DNA from: a virus | Length of the DNA: 64,000 nucleotides | Direction: 5' to 3' (one strand) | IMG/VR virus record: IMGVR_UViG_3300024261_002043 | Span: 46,589-110,588 of that record | Part shown: in pieces, positions 40,853 to 50,464 of the stretch | Layout: every line of letters begins with the position of its first letter | Position numbering within the stretch: the first letter of the stretch is position 1 | Notes under the pieces: model-generated | Database searches by the model: none | Told to the model about the DNA's origin: nothing | The model's input: only the letters and a program-made list of their open reading frames with translations | Program-made: the position numbers and the translations under genes

Positions 40853-42778
40853 CTAGCTGTCACGCCATAGGTTATTACTGGCATACACTAAAATTTCTTC
40901 TGCGGAATCAGCTGTATAACCATAATCGTCTATTAGCGTTTGTACCATAGAAGAATATTTTTGCTGTTGCTCATCGTCTCTTGTCTTAGACTTAGTAACT
41001 ATTCTAGCAAGGTCTTTTACAGAGGTTATGAGGTACGTCTCAATAGCTTCCTTAAGCGGTTCGTAAGAAGTGTAGTCTACTACTTCGCTTCTTCTCATCT
41101 TTGAAAACATATAAGCAGTAACGTCAGCCCTGAACCCATCTTTACCAGCTCCACTAACCCCTATCGTAGACTCTATAGCGCGCATGAAGTTTTCATCAGG
41201 GTTCATATCTTCATTGGTAACGCGGTCTTTCATTCTATTCTTTGTCGTATACGCTTCTGCGTTATCAAGATAGTTCTCAAATATTGACTGAGCTTGCTCT
41301 TCATATGCCGATATAAATGCCTTAGCTATTTCATTCTCTAATATTCTGAGATATTCATTTCTGACAACGTTACGAATTAACTCAAGGCATTTGTCTTGAA
41401 ATTCTCTGTCTATAATCTGGTCTTTGACCTGTTTGATCAGCGCATCCATTATTGATATAGGAGTTATAAAGGATTTATCTGAATCGCTTAATGCATTATC
41501 GACGGCTTTCATGATAAATCTAGTAGATATACCCTTCATACCTTCATCATGAGCTTCGTCTCTTAAGTCTCTGATATCGATCTTTTTGACTCTGCCTTTC
41601 TCGACAACTTCCTCGCCGTTATATAATTTAAGCTTAGTAAGAAGGTCACACTTCTGACTCTCCTTTAGTCTACTGAGAACGGAGAACATCGAAGCGACTC
41701 TAATGGTATGTGGCGCGACATGAGCGTCAAAGTTTGATCTAGATAAAATCTTCTCGTATATCTTTATCTCTTGTTCAAGCTCCAATACATACGGCACATT
41801 TATCTTTACCACTCTGTCTAATATTGCTTCATTAGTATGTTCACTCTGGAAGCGGTTCCACTCTGCTTCATTACAGTGAGCCAATATAACACCATCGAAG
41901 TAAAGCATGTCGTGCTTACCCGGGGCCGGTACTCTCTTCTCCTGTGTCGCAGTGATGATGGTATGGAGAAATTCAATCTCGTTCTTAAAGACCTCCACAA
42001 GTTCGACTATGCCTCGATTACCAACATTAAACGCACCATTTAAGGAGAGCGCTCGAGGGTCATCTTCGGAATACCTGTCAAGCTTAGAGATATCTTCAGA
42101 TCCAATTAGTACAGAGACATCTTGACTATTGGCGTCCATAGGTGGGACAGAAGCTACGCCTCTTCTAGCTCTTTGGGAGAATGTGGTTTCCTTAACCATA
42201 AAGTCTTCATATCGGCCGTCGTACTCTTCAAAAAGTAGATGTCTGGCAACAGGAGAAAGATCACCCTCAATATTCACATCTAGCATATCATTGAATTTAT
42301 TCCTTAGTGATCTAGGAACTAGCTGTAGGGGCTCACCACGCTGCGGATCATTCTTGAGATGATAATACGGCTTGCCGTCTAGAGCGCTTTTAATATGCTC
42401 TGTCAGTGCAGACTTACCAGCGCCAACGGGACCCATTAGCAAAAGTACTTGTCTACTTTCTTCTCCCTTAAGCGCTGCTGATCTTAAGAACCTCATTAAT
42501 TTAGATATGACACTCTCCATACCAAAGAATTCACTTTGAAAGTAGTCATACGTTTTTATGTTGTCACCATCGAATAGCTTATGCTTTCGCGGATCAGAAT
42601 CGTCCATTCTAGAAATACCTTCCTCAGCGATGGAGTCATAAAGTCTTTTATGCGCATGATCAGTTAGGGTAGGGTCTTTCTCTACAAGAGAAAGGTATTC
42701 AAGAAACGTTCCTTCAAACTTCTCTTTTTTCTTTTCTTCTCGTTGCGTCTTTATAATATCTAAATAGTTTTTGGCCAT
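40853..42778 (-). CDS. prkA: PrkA/YeaG family AAA+ serine protein kinase
   Basis: FFGME, LLLMGPVGAGKS, DISKL..YSEDDPRA, GNRGIVELVEVFK, HCNEAEW, NEAILDR, EGMKGISTRF, LIDDYGY. Confidence 0.95.
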   Translation of the reverse strand: MAKNYLDIIKTQREEKKKEKFEGTFLEYLSLVEKDPTLTDHAHKRLYDSIAEEGISRMDDSDPRKHKLFDGDNIKTYDYFQSEFFGMESVISKLMRFLRSAALKGEESRQVLLLMGPVGAGKSALTEHIKSALDGKPYYHLKNDPQRGEPLQLVPRSLRNKFNDMLDVNIEGDLSPVARHLLFEEYDGRYEDFMVKETTFSQRARRGVASVPPMDANSQDVSVLIGSEDISKLDRYSEDDPRALSLNGAFNVGNRGIVELVEVFKNEIEFLHTIITATQEKRVPAPGKHDMLYFDGVILAHCNEAEWNRFQSEHTNEAILDRVVKINVPYVLELEQEIKIYEKILSRSNFDAHVAPHTIRVASMFSVLSRLKESQKCDLLTKLKLYNGEEVVEKGRVKKIDIRDLRDEAHDEGMKGISTRFIMKAVDNALSDSDKSFITPISIMDALIKQVKDQIIDREFQDKCLELIRNVVRNEYLRILENEIAKAFISAYEEQAQSIFENYLDNAEAYTTKNRMKDRVTNEDMNPDENFMRAIESTIGVSGAGKDGFRADVTAYMFSKMRRSEVVDYTSYEPLKEAIETYLITSVKDLARIVTKSKTRDDEQQQKYSSMVQTLIDDYGYTADSAEEILVYASNNLWRDS

Positions 42779-42789
42779 TTTATCCTCTG

Positions 42790-44094
42790 CTAGATTTCGA
42801 AAGGTTCGTCTTCTATTATTGTGTCAAGTTTGACAACATCACCCCATAATGCGCTGATGTGCCGGCATACTACGTCTGCATATTCTAGTTCCAGGTCTCT
42901 TCCATCATGATCATGAACCAAGCATAGAACATTAGATTCGTCTATATCATCAACCATTATTATTGGAATACTATTACCTCCGACCTGTTTGATTAGGTCT
43001 TCCCTAATATTTTTCCACCCTTGTCCATCACCGACGTCATCTATTTTATATTCATCCTTATGTAACGAATAGCTGAATAGTTCAAGATCTTCACAGTCTT
43101 GTTGCGTCAAGTATTGTCTTATAAAGCTTTCATCGTTTAAAGATTCTCTAGCTATGAAGCACTCTTCAAGCCCGAATCTTTCTTCTATTCTCTTGAACAT
43201 ATGAAAACCTAAGTGGTATGGGTTTATCGATCCAGGATGAGGTCTTATGACTTCGTTGTGTGTCTTTAAGAAGGGTATGTGCATACTAGATGGAAGGTCC
43301 AGATCATGCATTAGTCTATAATGCCAAAAAGAAGCCCATCCTTCATTCATTACTTTAGTTCTAATTTGAGGCATAAAATAATACGCTTCATCAGCCACTA
43401 TACTGATCAGCTCTCTTTGCCAATCTTCTAGATTAGGGCTAACGTCTGCTATAAACGAAAGTATATCTTCTTCAGGTTGTATCGGTATCTTATTATGATC
43501 TGGTACATGTAATCTATTTGAATAAAGCCCGAGCTTTATGTCTTCAACTAATTTATTCTGCTGCTGCTTTTGAGGAACATATTTCTTATACCTTCTAGGG
43601 ACGTTCATGTTTAGAGCGTGCGCTGAATCTAGAATGCGCTCTACAGCCTCTATCCCTATACTAGGATCCTCTATTAAACCATCGACATATCTCTTCGCGT
43701 TACGCATACGTAATATAATATTTTCTGGATGTGTATGACTAAACGTTGCGTTATTCTTAAAGAAATCAGAATGACCGATACAGTGAGCCATGATAAGCAC
43801 TTGAAGGTACATGGGGTTCTCTTCCATTAGGTAAGCCAATGAAGGATTGCTATTTATGATTAATTCATATGGTAGCCCTTGCATACCTGAATTATACATT
43901 ATATGATTTCTTTCAAATGACTTACCGAAACTCCAGTGCGCGTAATGAGATGGCATACCATGGTATGCCATGCTGCCGATCATTTCATAGTAGTCACAAG
44001 TTTCGTATGCTAACTCAAACCAGTCAAGTCCATAGTCTGCTGCCATTTTACACAGCTTTTCATCCCATACTTTTAAATTATTTAGAAAGTTCAT
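42790..44094 (-). CDS. spoVR: SpoVR/YcgB family protein
   Basis: GMPSHYAHWSFGK, PYELIINSNP, AHCIGHSDFFKNN, PQIRTKVMNEGWASFWH, NPYHLG. Confidence 0.95.
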   Translation of the reverse strand: MNFLNNLKVWDEKLCKMAADYGLDWFELAYETCDYYEMIGSMAYHGMPSHYAHWSFGKSFERNHIMYNSGMQGLPYELIINSNPSLAYLMEENPMYLQVLIMAHCIGHSDFFKNNATFSHTHPENIILRMRNAKRYVDGLIEDPSIGIEAVERILDSAHALNMNVPRRYKKYVPQKQQQNKLVEDIKLGLYSNRLHVPDHNKIPIQPEEDILSFIADVSPNLEDWQRELISIVADEAYYFMPQIRTKVMNEGWASFWHYRLMHDLDLPSSMHIPFLKTHNEVIRPHPGSINPYHLGFHMFKRIEERFGLEECFIARESLNDESFIRQYLTQQDCEDLELFSYSLHKDEYKIDDVGDGQGWKNIREDLIKQVGGNSIPIIMVDDIDESNVLCLVHDHDGRDLELEYADVVCRHISALWGDVVKLDTIIEDEPFEI

Positions 44095-45263
44095 GAAACC
44101 TCACCTTTAAAAAACTTATTGAATGCAGGCCAGATGTCTTCTTTATTGGCAATTGCAGCTGTTCTTAATTTTTCAGAAGACAATTTGCTAAATACTGATC
44201 CTAAGCTAGTTTCCTGTAGCCACTTCATACGCTCGGCAGAAGGTTCAATTTCACAATAACCGTAGAATTGTAACTTAGGTAATATCTGACCCACTAATTC
44301 TACAACAGCGTCATTATCGCTAGGCCAGTTGTCACCATCAGACGAATGAAATACATAAGAATTCCATGATGATGGGTGGTACCTACTGTCTAATATTTCG
44401 TTAACGACCTTAAGCCCGCTAGAAGCTATTGTGCCACCAGAAGATCCTCTTTCAAAAAAGCTTTTTTCATCAACCTCACTAGCTTGAGACTCGTATGATA
44501 CGAATGCTATTTCAACCTTATCATATCTAGACCTTACAAAGTGATATAATAGAAAAAAGAAGCTTCTTGATAAGAATTTTTTTGTGGTGCCCATTGAGCC
44601 GGATACATCCATTAAGAAGAAAATAACGGCATTAGAAGTCTTCTTTTCTGTGACCTTGTAATGCTTGTATCGTAAGTCTTGCTCTATAAAAGAAAAAGAT
44701 TCTTCTGACTCACTCTCACGTTTTCCAGAGTGTTCTTCTTTCTTCATTCTCTTTATTCGCTGTATAGCAGACTTCTTTTTGTCTAGTCTAGGTCTTATAC
44801 CTTTAGTTCTGTATCCTCTTCTTTTTATCTTCTTTGCAACAACCTGAGCATTTTTTTTCTTTTCAAAATTTGGAAGTTCTAAGTCTTTAAACAGGTATTC
44901 TGCAACTTGCTCTAAAGTTAGTTCAACTTCATAAAATTCTTCCCCGGCTTTATTTCCTGCCTTTTCTGGCTTTCCTTTACCGGCTTTCTTTTTCTTCTTA
45001 CCTATAACTTGACCTCTCTCAAGGTCACTGCCAGCACCGGAACCTACAGAATGATTACCATTCTCTCCATACACAAATCTGTATTCTTTGATACCCCTTA
45101 CAGGTATCTTAAACTTCTTCTTTCCGCTTTCCCCAATAATAGATTCTTCAGCTACTATATTGTGGATGCCTTCTTTAATTGCCTTCTCTATTTTCTTTCT
45201 ATGCCGACCGCGATCTCCTGCGGATCTGTCAGCTATCGTTTTGTGCTTTTTAAAAATAGACAT
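44091..45263 (-). CDS. yeaH: YeaH/YhbH (DUF444) vWA-domain protein
   Basis: DRSAGDRGRH, IPVRGIKEYRF, DLELPN, DLRY, MDVSGSM (MIDAS), SGGT..SSG, HSSDGDNW. Start taken at the second ATG (45263); the ORF extends to 45284. Confidence 0.93.
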   Translation of the reverse strand: MSIFKKHKTIADRSAGDRGRHRKKIEKAIKEGIHNIVAEESIIGESGKKKFKIPVRGIKEYRFVYGENGNHSVGSGAGSDLERGQVIGKKKKKAGKGKPEKAGNKAGEEFYEVELTLEQVAEYLFKDLELPNFEKKKNAQVVAKKIKRRGYRTKGIRPRLDKKKSAIQRIKRMKKEEHSGKRESESEESFSFIEQDLRYKHYKVTEKKTSNAVIFFLMDVSGSMGTTKKFLSRSFFFLLYHFVRSRYDKVEIAFVSYESQASEVDEKSFFERGSSGGTIASSGLKVVNEILDSRYHPSSWNSYVFHSSDGDNWPSDNDAVVELVGQILPKLQFYGYCEIEPSAERMKWLQETSLGSVFSKLSSEKLRTAAIANKEDIWPAFNKFFKGEVS

Positions 45264-45304
45264 TCGTGTTGTAGGGTCTTTCATAATACTAAGTATTATT
45301 ATAG

Positions 45305-45739
45305 TCAGCTGAGTGCAGAATAAAAGTAGTTAATTGGTGCTATAAGATAATTTAGGCAATTTTCGCAAAATTGCTCTTTGTCTACCCAACTAAAGTCTTC
45401 ATGTTCTTGGATACCTGTTGTCGGGTTCTTGGTTATTAGAGGTGTGTTGTCAGTCGAAGCGCAAAAAACTGTTAAGGCACCATTTATATGGGGTGTACCG
45501 GAAAATAATAATTCGTTATCTGATATTATAATTGAGCATTCTTCGAAGCATTCTCTTTTAGCTGTCTGTAACGGCGCCTCGTTATTATCCATAGTACCTT
45601 TGGGTATATCAAATAAACCATCATCACGAATTAACGCTAACATCTTAGGGTTCTTTAGATGTAATGTATCTTTCTTTAGTATTAAGAAACCTGCTCCAGC
45701 CACGCTATTCTTTTTTCTCTTGCTTTCTTCCATAATCAT
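45305..45739 (-). CDS. Nudix hydrolase
   Basis: Nudix box PKGTMDNNEAPLQTAKRECFEECSI. Confidence 0.9.
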   Translation of the reverse strand: MIMEESKRKKNSVAGAGFLILKKDTLHLKNPKMLALIRDDGLFDIPKGTMDNNEAPLQTAKRECFEECSIIISDNELLFSGTPHINGALTVFCASTDNTPLITKNPTTGIQEHEDFSWVDKEQFCENCLNYLIAPINYFYSALS

Positions 45740-46067
45740 CTTCTAATCTTATCACGTCACTTAGGTGATTCGTACTTACTTCCATAATCTTTACATATTC
45801 ACTATCAGGCGCACAAAACCTGTGTATTTGTCCAGGACTAACATGAAGTACCTGACCTGGTGAGTGCCACGACATGTTGTTTTCTTTATCGTAATTCACA
45901 AGCGTACCTTCTAATACGTAGATTGTTTCTTCCTTAAAATTGTGGTACTGCTTAGACAAACGATGCCCGGGCGCTATAAAAATGATCTTAGCAACGTAGT
46001 CTTTGGTTTTAGCCCATATAATTTCATATCCCCAAGGCTTGTCTATTTTATTCATTCTGATCCCCAC
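45705..46067 (-). CDS. Cupin protein (mannose-6-phosphate isomerase type II C-terminal-like)
   Basis: KPWGYE, LSKQYH..KEET, PGQIHRF, EVST...DVIRLEDDYGR. Confidence 0.82.
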   Translation of the reverse strand: MGIRMNKIDKPWGYEIIWAKTKDYVAKIIFIAPGHRLSKQYHNFKEETIYVLEGTLVNYDKENNMSWHSPGQVLHVSPGQIHRFCAPDSEYVKIMEVSTNHLSDVIRLEDDYGRKQEKKE

Positions 46068-46539
46068 TTTTGTCTGTTAGCCATGATGATGATTGTATTT
46101 TTCCTCCTCCTACATTAAATAAGACTTGGCAGCCAATTTTTTGACATATATCCCATTCTGCGATATCACTAGGTTTAGCTCTATCACCACCCTTTGTAAA
46201 GAATGCTGGCTTAAGCTTGTCAATAGCCCCAATACAATTTTGACTGCCATCATCCCAAATTACGACGGCATCAACACCTCGAATACCAGCAATAATTTCT
46301 GCCCTTTCATCTTCGCACATAAATGGCTTGCCTTTTTTGCGTGTTAAAAAACCATCACCGTTAACGATTATGACTGTATAGCCACTATTTTTTTTGGCCA
46401 ACTCCGTTGTTTCTATAATACATCTTAAGTGTCCTATATGTAAAGGATCGAACCCACCACATGTAGTATATATTGGAGCTGTATACCCACTGTCTTTATA
46501 CACAGAAACATAATCATCAATGCTTTTATAAACTTTCAC
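46048..46539 (-). CDS. HIGH-family cytidylyl/adenylyltransferase (TagD/RfaE-like)
   Basis: GGFDPLHIGH, RKKGKPFM..ERAEI, KGGDR, KIQSSS. Confidence 0.88.
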   Translation of the reverse strand: MKVYKSIDDYVSVYKDSGYTAPIYTTCGGFDPLHIGHLRCIIETTELAKKNSGYTVIIVNGDGFLTRKKGKPFMCEDERAEIIAGIRGVDAVVIWDDGSQNCIGAIDKLKPAFFTKGGDRAKPSDIAEWDICQKIGCQVLFNVGGGKIQSSSWLTDKSGDQNE

Positions 46540-48170
46540 TTTTTCATACTCCTTCTAAACTCTTGCGGAAATAGAGAACTATTAGAACTAAAGAATCTCT
46601 CAAAATCTGAATCTAAAATATAGGTAACAGCCGAGTCTTCGTTTGATCTTACCGATCGACCTACAGACTGTACTATCGCTTTAGCTGTTTGTAAAGCGTA
46701 CCACCATCTCCATTTGTTCATTTTTTTCTTCACAAGCTTATCGCCCAGATAAGGATACGGCACCTTACATACAATCTGAAATCTGCTAAGATCATCCTTT
46801 AAGTCAACACCCTCTGACATCGATGGAGATATTAGGACGGTTGGCTTTTTAGATCTTTTGTGCTTTTCCAATATCATGTCACGGTTATGTGATCCATGGA
46901 TCAGCAGTCTTGAGCTTCTAATGTTATTCTTTAGAAAATGTGCAATCTTATAAGAGTGGCAATGTATAATCCCTTTTTCGTTATTGTGTTGCTTTAATAT
47001 TTCTTTTACTGCCATCGCCATTCTTGGCAACGTGTCATTTATAGATGATGCGTTCATTTTACCAATACCGCTATAAACTATAGGGCGATTTTCTATAGGG
47101 AATGGAGAAGGAAGGCTTATAAACGCAGCTTCTTGTTTTGGTATTCCCGCGCACTCACAAAATGCGTCTCTATCCAAGATAGTTGCAGACATCATAATGA
47201 CCACGTCACCATAACTATAAAGCATATCAGGAGCGTATGGGGCGATATCTATCGGCTTAAATTGTATTTTTCTTGAAGACCTTTGATCTTCATCTATCTT
47301 ATTTAGAACCCAATTATCCTTATCATATAGCTCTAAAAATCTGCGAACTTTACACACATGCTTATCTAACATCTCAAACTTTTTAGCCACATTAGAAAAT
47401 TCACCAGACTTTATTTTCTCTCTCAGCCCAATGTATTTTTCCATCATTTTCTCTAAATGCTTTAGTTTAGAACTGATAGTAGGTACGTAAGTATCAGTGA
47501 TCCAGTTGATATATTGTAGCTGAGTCATATTTTCTGGTATCGAGAACCCTAGAAAACTAGTGCAAAACTTTTCAGAAAGTGTTACTTCTACAAACTTACT
47601 TAACTCATTATCTACATTGTGGGCCTCATCGATTATTAATACTTGTCTTGGAGTTATCTTACCCGCATATTGCGTCTCTGCTAAGAAGTATGGAAAGTTA
47701 GTTACGCTTTCTTTAGAGTTAAGAAAAGATTCTTTAGCATTTCTATATACACAATTGAATGTGCAAGATTTCCAGAACCGACTCTCCTTCTCGGCGGTCT
47801 TTAATGCCCTTAGACTTTCCCCGCAAGATGTTTTCTTATTAAAGTTGCATGTATAGTTTGACGAAGACTTAATAGACTTCATAGGCCCAGAGAAGCCTCC
47901 GAAATCGCTTACATATTGCTCTTGGAGGATCTTTTGTGTTGTCAAGAAATACGCACCCGGATCTTTGTTACTAGCCAAAGAGTTATAGACGTATCTAGAT
48001 ATTGTAAGACCTATGGCACTCTTACCTACTCCCGTACCGGCTTCAATGATTACGAACTTCTTTCCACCAGTTATTGAGTCTAGAGCAAAGTCTATAGCTT
48101 CTTGCTGCTGGTCTCTAATCTCTTTATACGGAAAATGCTTCTTTATTTCTCTACTCATATAGTCCTCCAA
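46536..48170 (-). CDS. DinG/XPD-family SF2 helicase
   Basis: Q motif RDQQ, EAGTGVGKS, Cys cluster, IIDEAH, MSAT, EGVDL, QSVGRSVR. Confidence 0.9.
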   Translation of the reverse strand: MEDYMSREIKKHFPYKEIRDQQQEAIDFALDSITGGKKFVIIEAGTGVGKSAIGLTISRYVYNSLASNKDPGAYFLTTQKILQEQYVSDFGGFSGPMKSIKSSSNYTCNFNKKTSCGESLRALKTAEKESRFWKSCTFNCVYRNAKESFLNSKESVTNFPYFLAETQYAGKITPRQVLIIDEAHNVDNELSKFVEVTLSEKFCTSFLGFSIPENMTQLQYINWITDTYVPTISSKLKHLEKMMEKYIGLREKIKSGEFSNVAKKFEMLDKHVCKVRRFLELYDKDNWVLNKIDEDQRSSRKIQFKPIDIAPYAPDMLYSYGDVVIMMSATILDRDAFCECAGIPKQEAAFISLPSPFPIENRPIVYSGIGKMNASSINDTLPRMAMAVKEILKQHNNEKGIIHCHSYKIAHFLKNNIRSSRLLIHGSHNRDMILEKHKRSKKPTVLISPSMSEGVDLKDDLSRFQIVCKVPYPYLGDKLVKKKMNKWRWWYALQTAKAIVQSVGRSVRSNEDSAVTYILDSDFERFFSSNSSLFPQEFRRSMKK

Positions 48171-48195
48171 TTCTTATTAATTGTATTAGAGGGAC

Positions 48196-48990
48196 CTATG
48201 CTTTACTTAGTTTTGCTATGATTCTGTCTATGATCTGCAGTGTATATTCAGGACCAACTGTTTCGTACGCTCTATCAATCTTCTTTAGCTTTTCGTAGAT
48301 GTGCCAATCGTTGCCACCTGGCTGACATCGATCACCAATGAAGTATACATCTTGATCTCTATAATACATAAGACCGTATGTCTTATCCCAGCCGCCTGGA
48401 TATATATCAAAACTTGTTGATCCCCCAAGCGCAACAGTCACGTTTCCTGACTTGTCATCAATATTTTTCTGTAACAGTTTTTGATAGTGGTCTCTTATTC
48501 TTTCTTTAGAATCCAGATCCTCCCACTCTTTCCGTTCATACATTCCTGACTCTCTACCTATCGGGCACCAGTTTAAAAGTGATCCTCTATATTGCATAAA
48601 TGTACCTGTATAAGGAAGATCTGGATAGTCATTCATAATTTTCAGTTGCAAAGCGCAACATGTTTTTAGTATTTTATTGTAGAGGCTCTTACCTATCTCA
48701 TTGGTCATACTAACGCTCGACGTCTGCTCAAACCCTCTATTTTTTATAAACGCGTATCTTTTCGTACCATTACAAGGAAGCAAATCAACTTTATTTTGTG
48801 CCAGATTTGCTAGGTTTGAAAGTTGAGGAAGTTGCTGTAGTATATAGTTGAAGTCAGAGCCAGTCAATATACCAATATTAGTATACGCAGACAGCTTCAA
48901 CAATGACTGTATGATCGCGCCATCAGCTTTCTCCCTCGGGGGTGTTAATGTTCCATCCATATCGAATAGTACTGTTGTTTTATTTGTCAT
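48196..48990 (-). CDS. HAD-fold phosphomannomutase (eukaryote-type PMM family)
   Basis: LFDMDGTLTPPR, YRGSLLNWCPIGR, GGSTSFDIYPGGWDKTY, FIGDR..PGGNDWHIY. Confidence 0.88.
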   Translation of the reverse strand: MTNKTTVLFDMDGTLTPPREKADGAIIQSLLKLSAYTNIGILTGSDFNYILQQLPQLSNLANLAQNKVDLLPCNGTKRYAFIKNRGFEQTSSVSMTNEIGKSLYNKILKTCCALQLKIMNDYPDLPYTGTFMQYRGSLLNWCPIGRESGMYERKEWEDLDSKERIRDHYQKLLQKNIDDKSGNVTVALGGSTSFDIYPGGWDKTYGLMYYRDQDVYFIGDRCQPGGNDWHIYEKLKKIDRAYETVGPEYTLQIIDRIIAKLSKA

Positions 48991-49044
48991 GAAGTTAACC
49001 CTTTATCTTATAGCCATACTTAAATTTAAAATAGGGAGGGAACC

Positions 49045-49869
49045 TTGATAAAAAAAATCACATCCGTAATATTTGGGTTGATTGTCTTTATTGCGACTCT
49101 TAGTGGTTGTCTTACCATATCGAATCCCTCTGGTAGAATTATAAGGACAACCACTGGAGAAGTAATTAAAAAAGATAACTCTTTTTTTCCGATACAGTCA
49201 TTTGTAATGACAGCACAATCGTTTATACTTACGTCGGAAGTCTGTAGTAAAGCTGGTGAGTGTGAGCAAAGTATACTAAGCAAATCAAGCTCGGTAGCTT
49301 CTGGTGTTATTGTAAAAACAGATACTGATACAAGCTACGTTCTTACAGCAGGACATGTATGTTTACCTCCCCCTCCTAATACAAGCCTCCCCGGAATTCT
49401 AAAAGTCACATATAAAATATTACTCGAAACAGGGTTTGGAAAAAGAGCATCTGGAAGTATAATAGCTGTAGATGAAGAGAACGATTTATGCTTGCTAGAA
49501 ACATCAGAATGGCTCGGTCCCGGGTTAACGATGATGAGCGGAGAGACCAATCTACATGCTAAAGTATATAATATGGCTAGTCCCAATGGATTAGGGGCTT
49601 CTATAGCCGTACCTGTATTCGACGGATACTATATAGGGAAGGTTGCAAACAGAATGTTATTTACGATACCTGCTGCTCCTGGATCTAGTGGCAGTCCAAT
49701 AATGAATAGCAGAAATGAAATAATAACTATAATATCTGCAGCAGCAATAAGATTTGATGAGTTTGCTATTTGTCCGACAACAGCTGCAGTTCAAGCTTTT
49801 CTTCTAGATAATATACCCGCAAAAAAGAATAGCTCAATCTTGGATAAGGTTAAGCGCGCTTTTAAGTAG
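49045..49869 (+). CDS. Trypsin-like serine protease with a lipoprotein signal peptide
   Basis: Lipobox LSGC after a hydrophobic helix; catalytic triad LTAGHVC / NDLCLL / PGSSGSP; GGGAGG RBS before the TTG start. Confidence 0.85.
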   Translation: MIKKITSVIFGLIVFIATLSGCLTISNPSGRIIRTTTGEVIKKDNSFFPIQSFVMTAQSFILTSEVCSKAGECEQSILSKSSSVASGVIVKTDTDTSYVLTAGHVCLPPPPNTSLPGILKVTYKILLETGFGKRASGSIIAVDEENDLCLLETSEWLGPGLTMMSGETNLHAKVYNMASPNGLGASIAVPVFDGYYIGKVANRMLFTIPAAPGSSGSPIMNSRNEIITIISAAAIRFDEFAICPTTAAVQAFLLDNIPAKKNSSILDKVKRAFK

Positions 49870-50233
49870 ACAGAATTCTAGAGATTATGCGCTCGACTAA
49901 AGAGCTGTCTAGACGCCCAATAAGCTTATCGTAGATATTCATGGCGAATAAATTAGCTTCTTGCTCTGTGTTAAAATTACGTAGTCCAGAATTATAATCT
50001 AGATCATTGCAAGTAACTGAGGCTGATGTCTTATTCCAGGCATTAGGGAATATTTCTACTTGGATTCTAGGATCATGAAAATGACTTATCGGATTATTAT
50101 TCGTTGTTTTATAGCTGCGACCTATGGCTTCATCTATACTCATGGACTTAATTATCTTCTCTACGCATAAGCTGACTGTAATAATGCTCTCTCTGCAGTA
50201 TGCTATTTTCGCTTTGCTCTTTGTTGTGTACAT
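49862..50233 (-). CDS. Hypothetical protein (start uncertain)
   Basis: Open frame in a gene-dense region; the real start may be the internal MSIDEAIG. Confidence 0.5.
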   Translation of the reverse strand: MYTTKSKAKIAYCRESIITVSLCVEKIIKSMSIDEAIGRSYKTTNNNPISHFHDPRIQVEIFPNAWNKTSASVTCNDLDYNSGLRNFNTEQEANLFAMNIYDKLIGRLDSSLVERIISRILST

Positions 50234-50414
50234 GACCGCATGATGTAGAAATTTTACACATATGCATTACGTCGATAACTATCTCTTCTCTTTCTTTGTC
50301 GTAATTAAATTTCTTGATTGCCAGTAAAGCCTCAGCAGCGTTGTTATACACTCCAATGACTCTACTACCATCCCAACCTTTATGCGATACGACTGCTACT
50401 TTCTTTAAATCCAA
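50148..50414 (-). CDS. Hypothetical protein
   Basis: AGGAG RBS before TTG; VIGVY motif common in small phage proteins. Confidence 0.5.
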   Translation of the reverse strand: MDLKKVAVVSHKGWDGSRVIGVYNNAAEALLAIKKFNYDKEREEIVIDVMHMCKISTSCGHVHNKEQSENSILQREHYYSQLMRREDN

Positions 50415-50464
50415 AATACTTCTCCTACGATATACAATAATATAGAAGTTAAGAATGAAATGTT

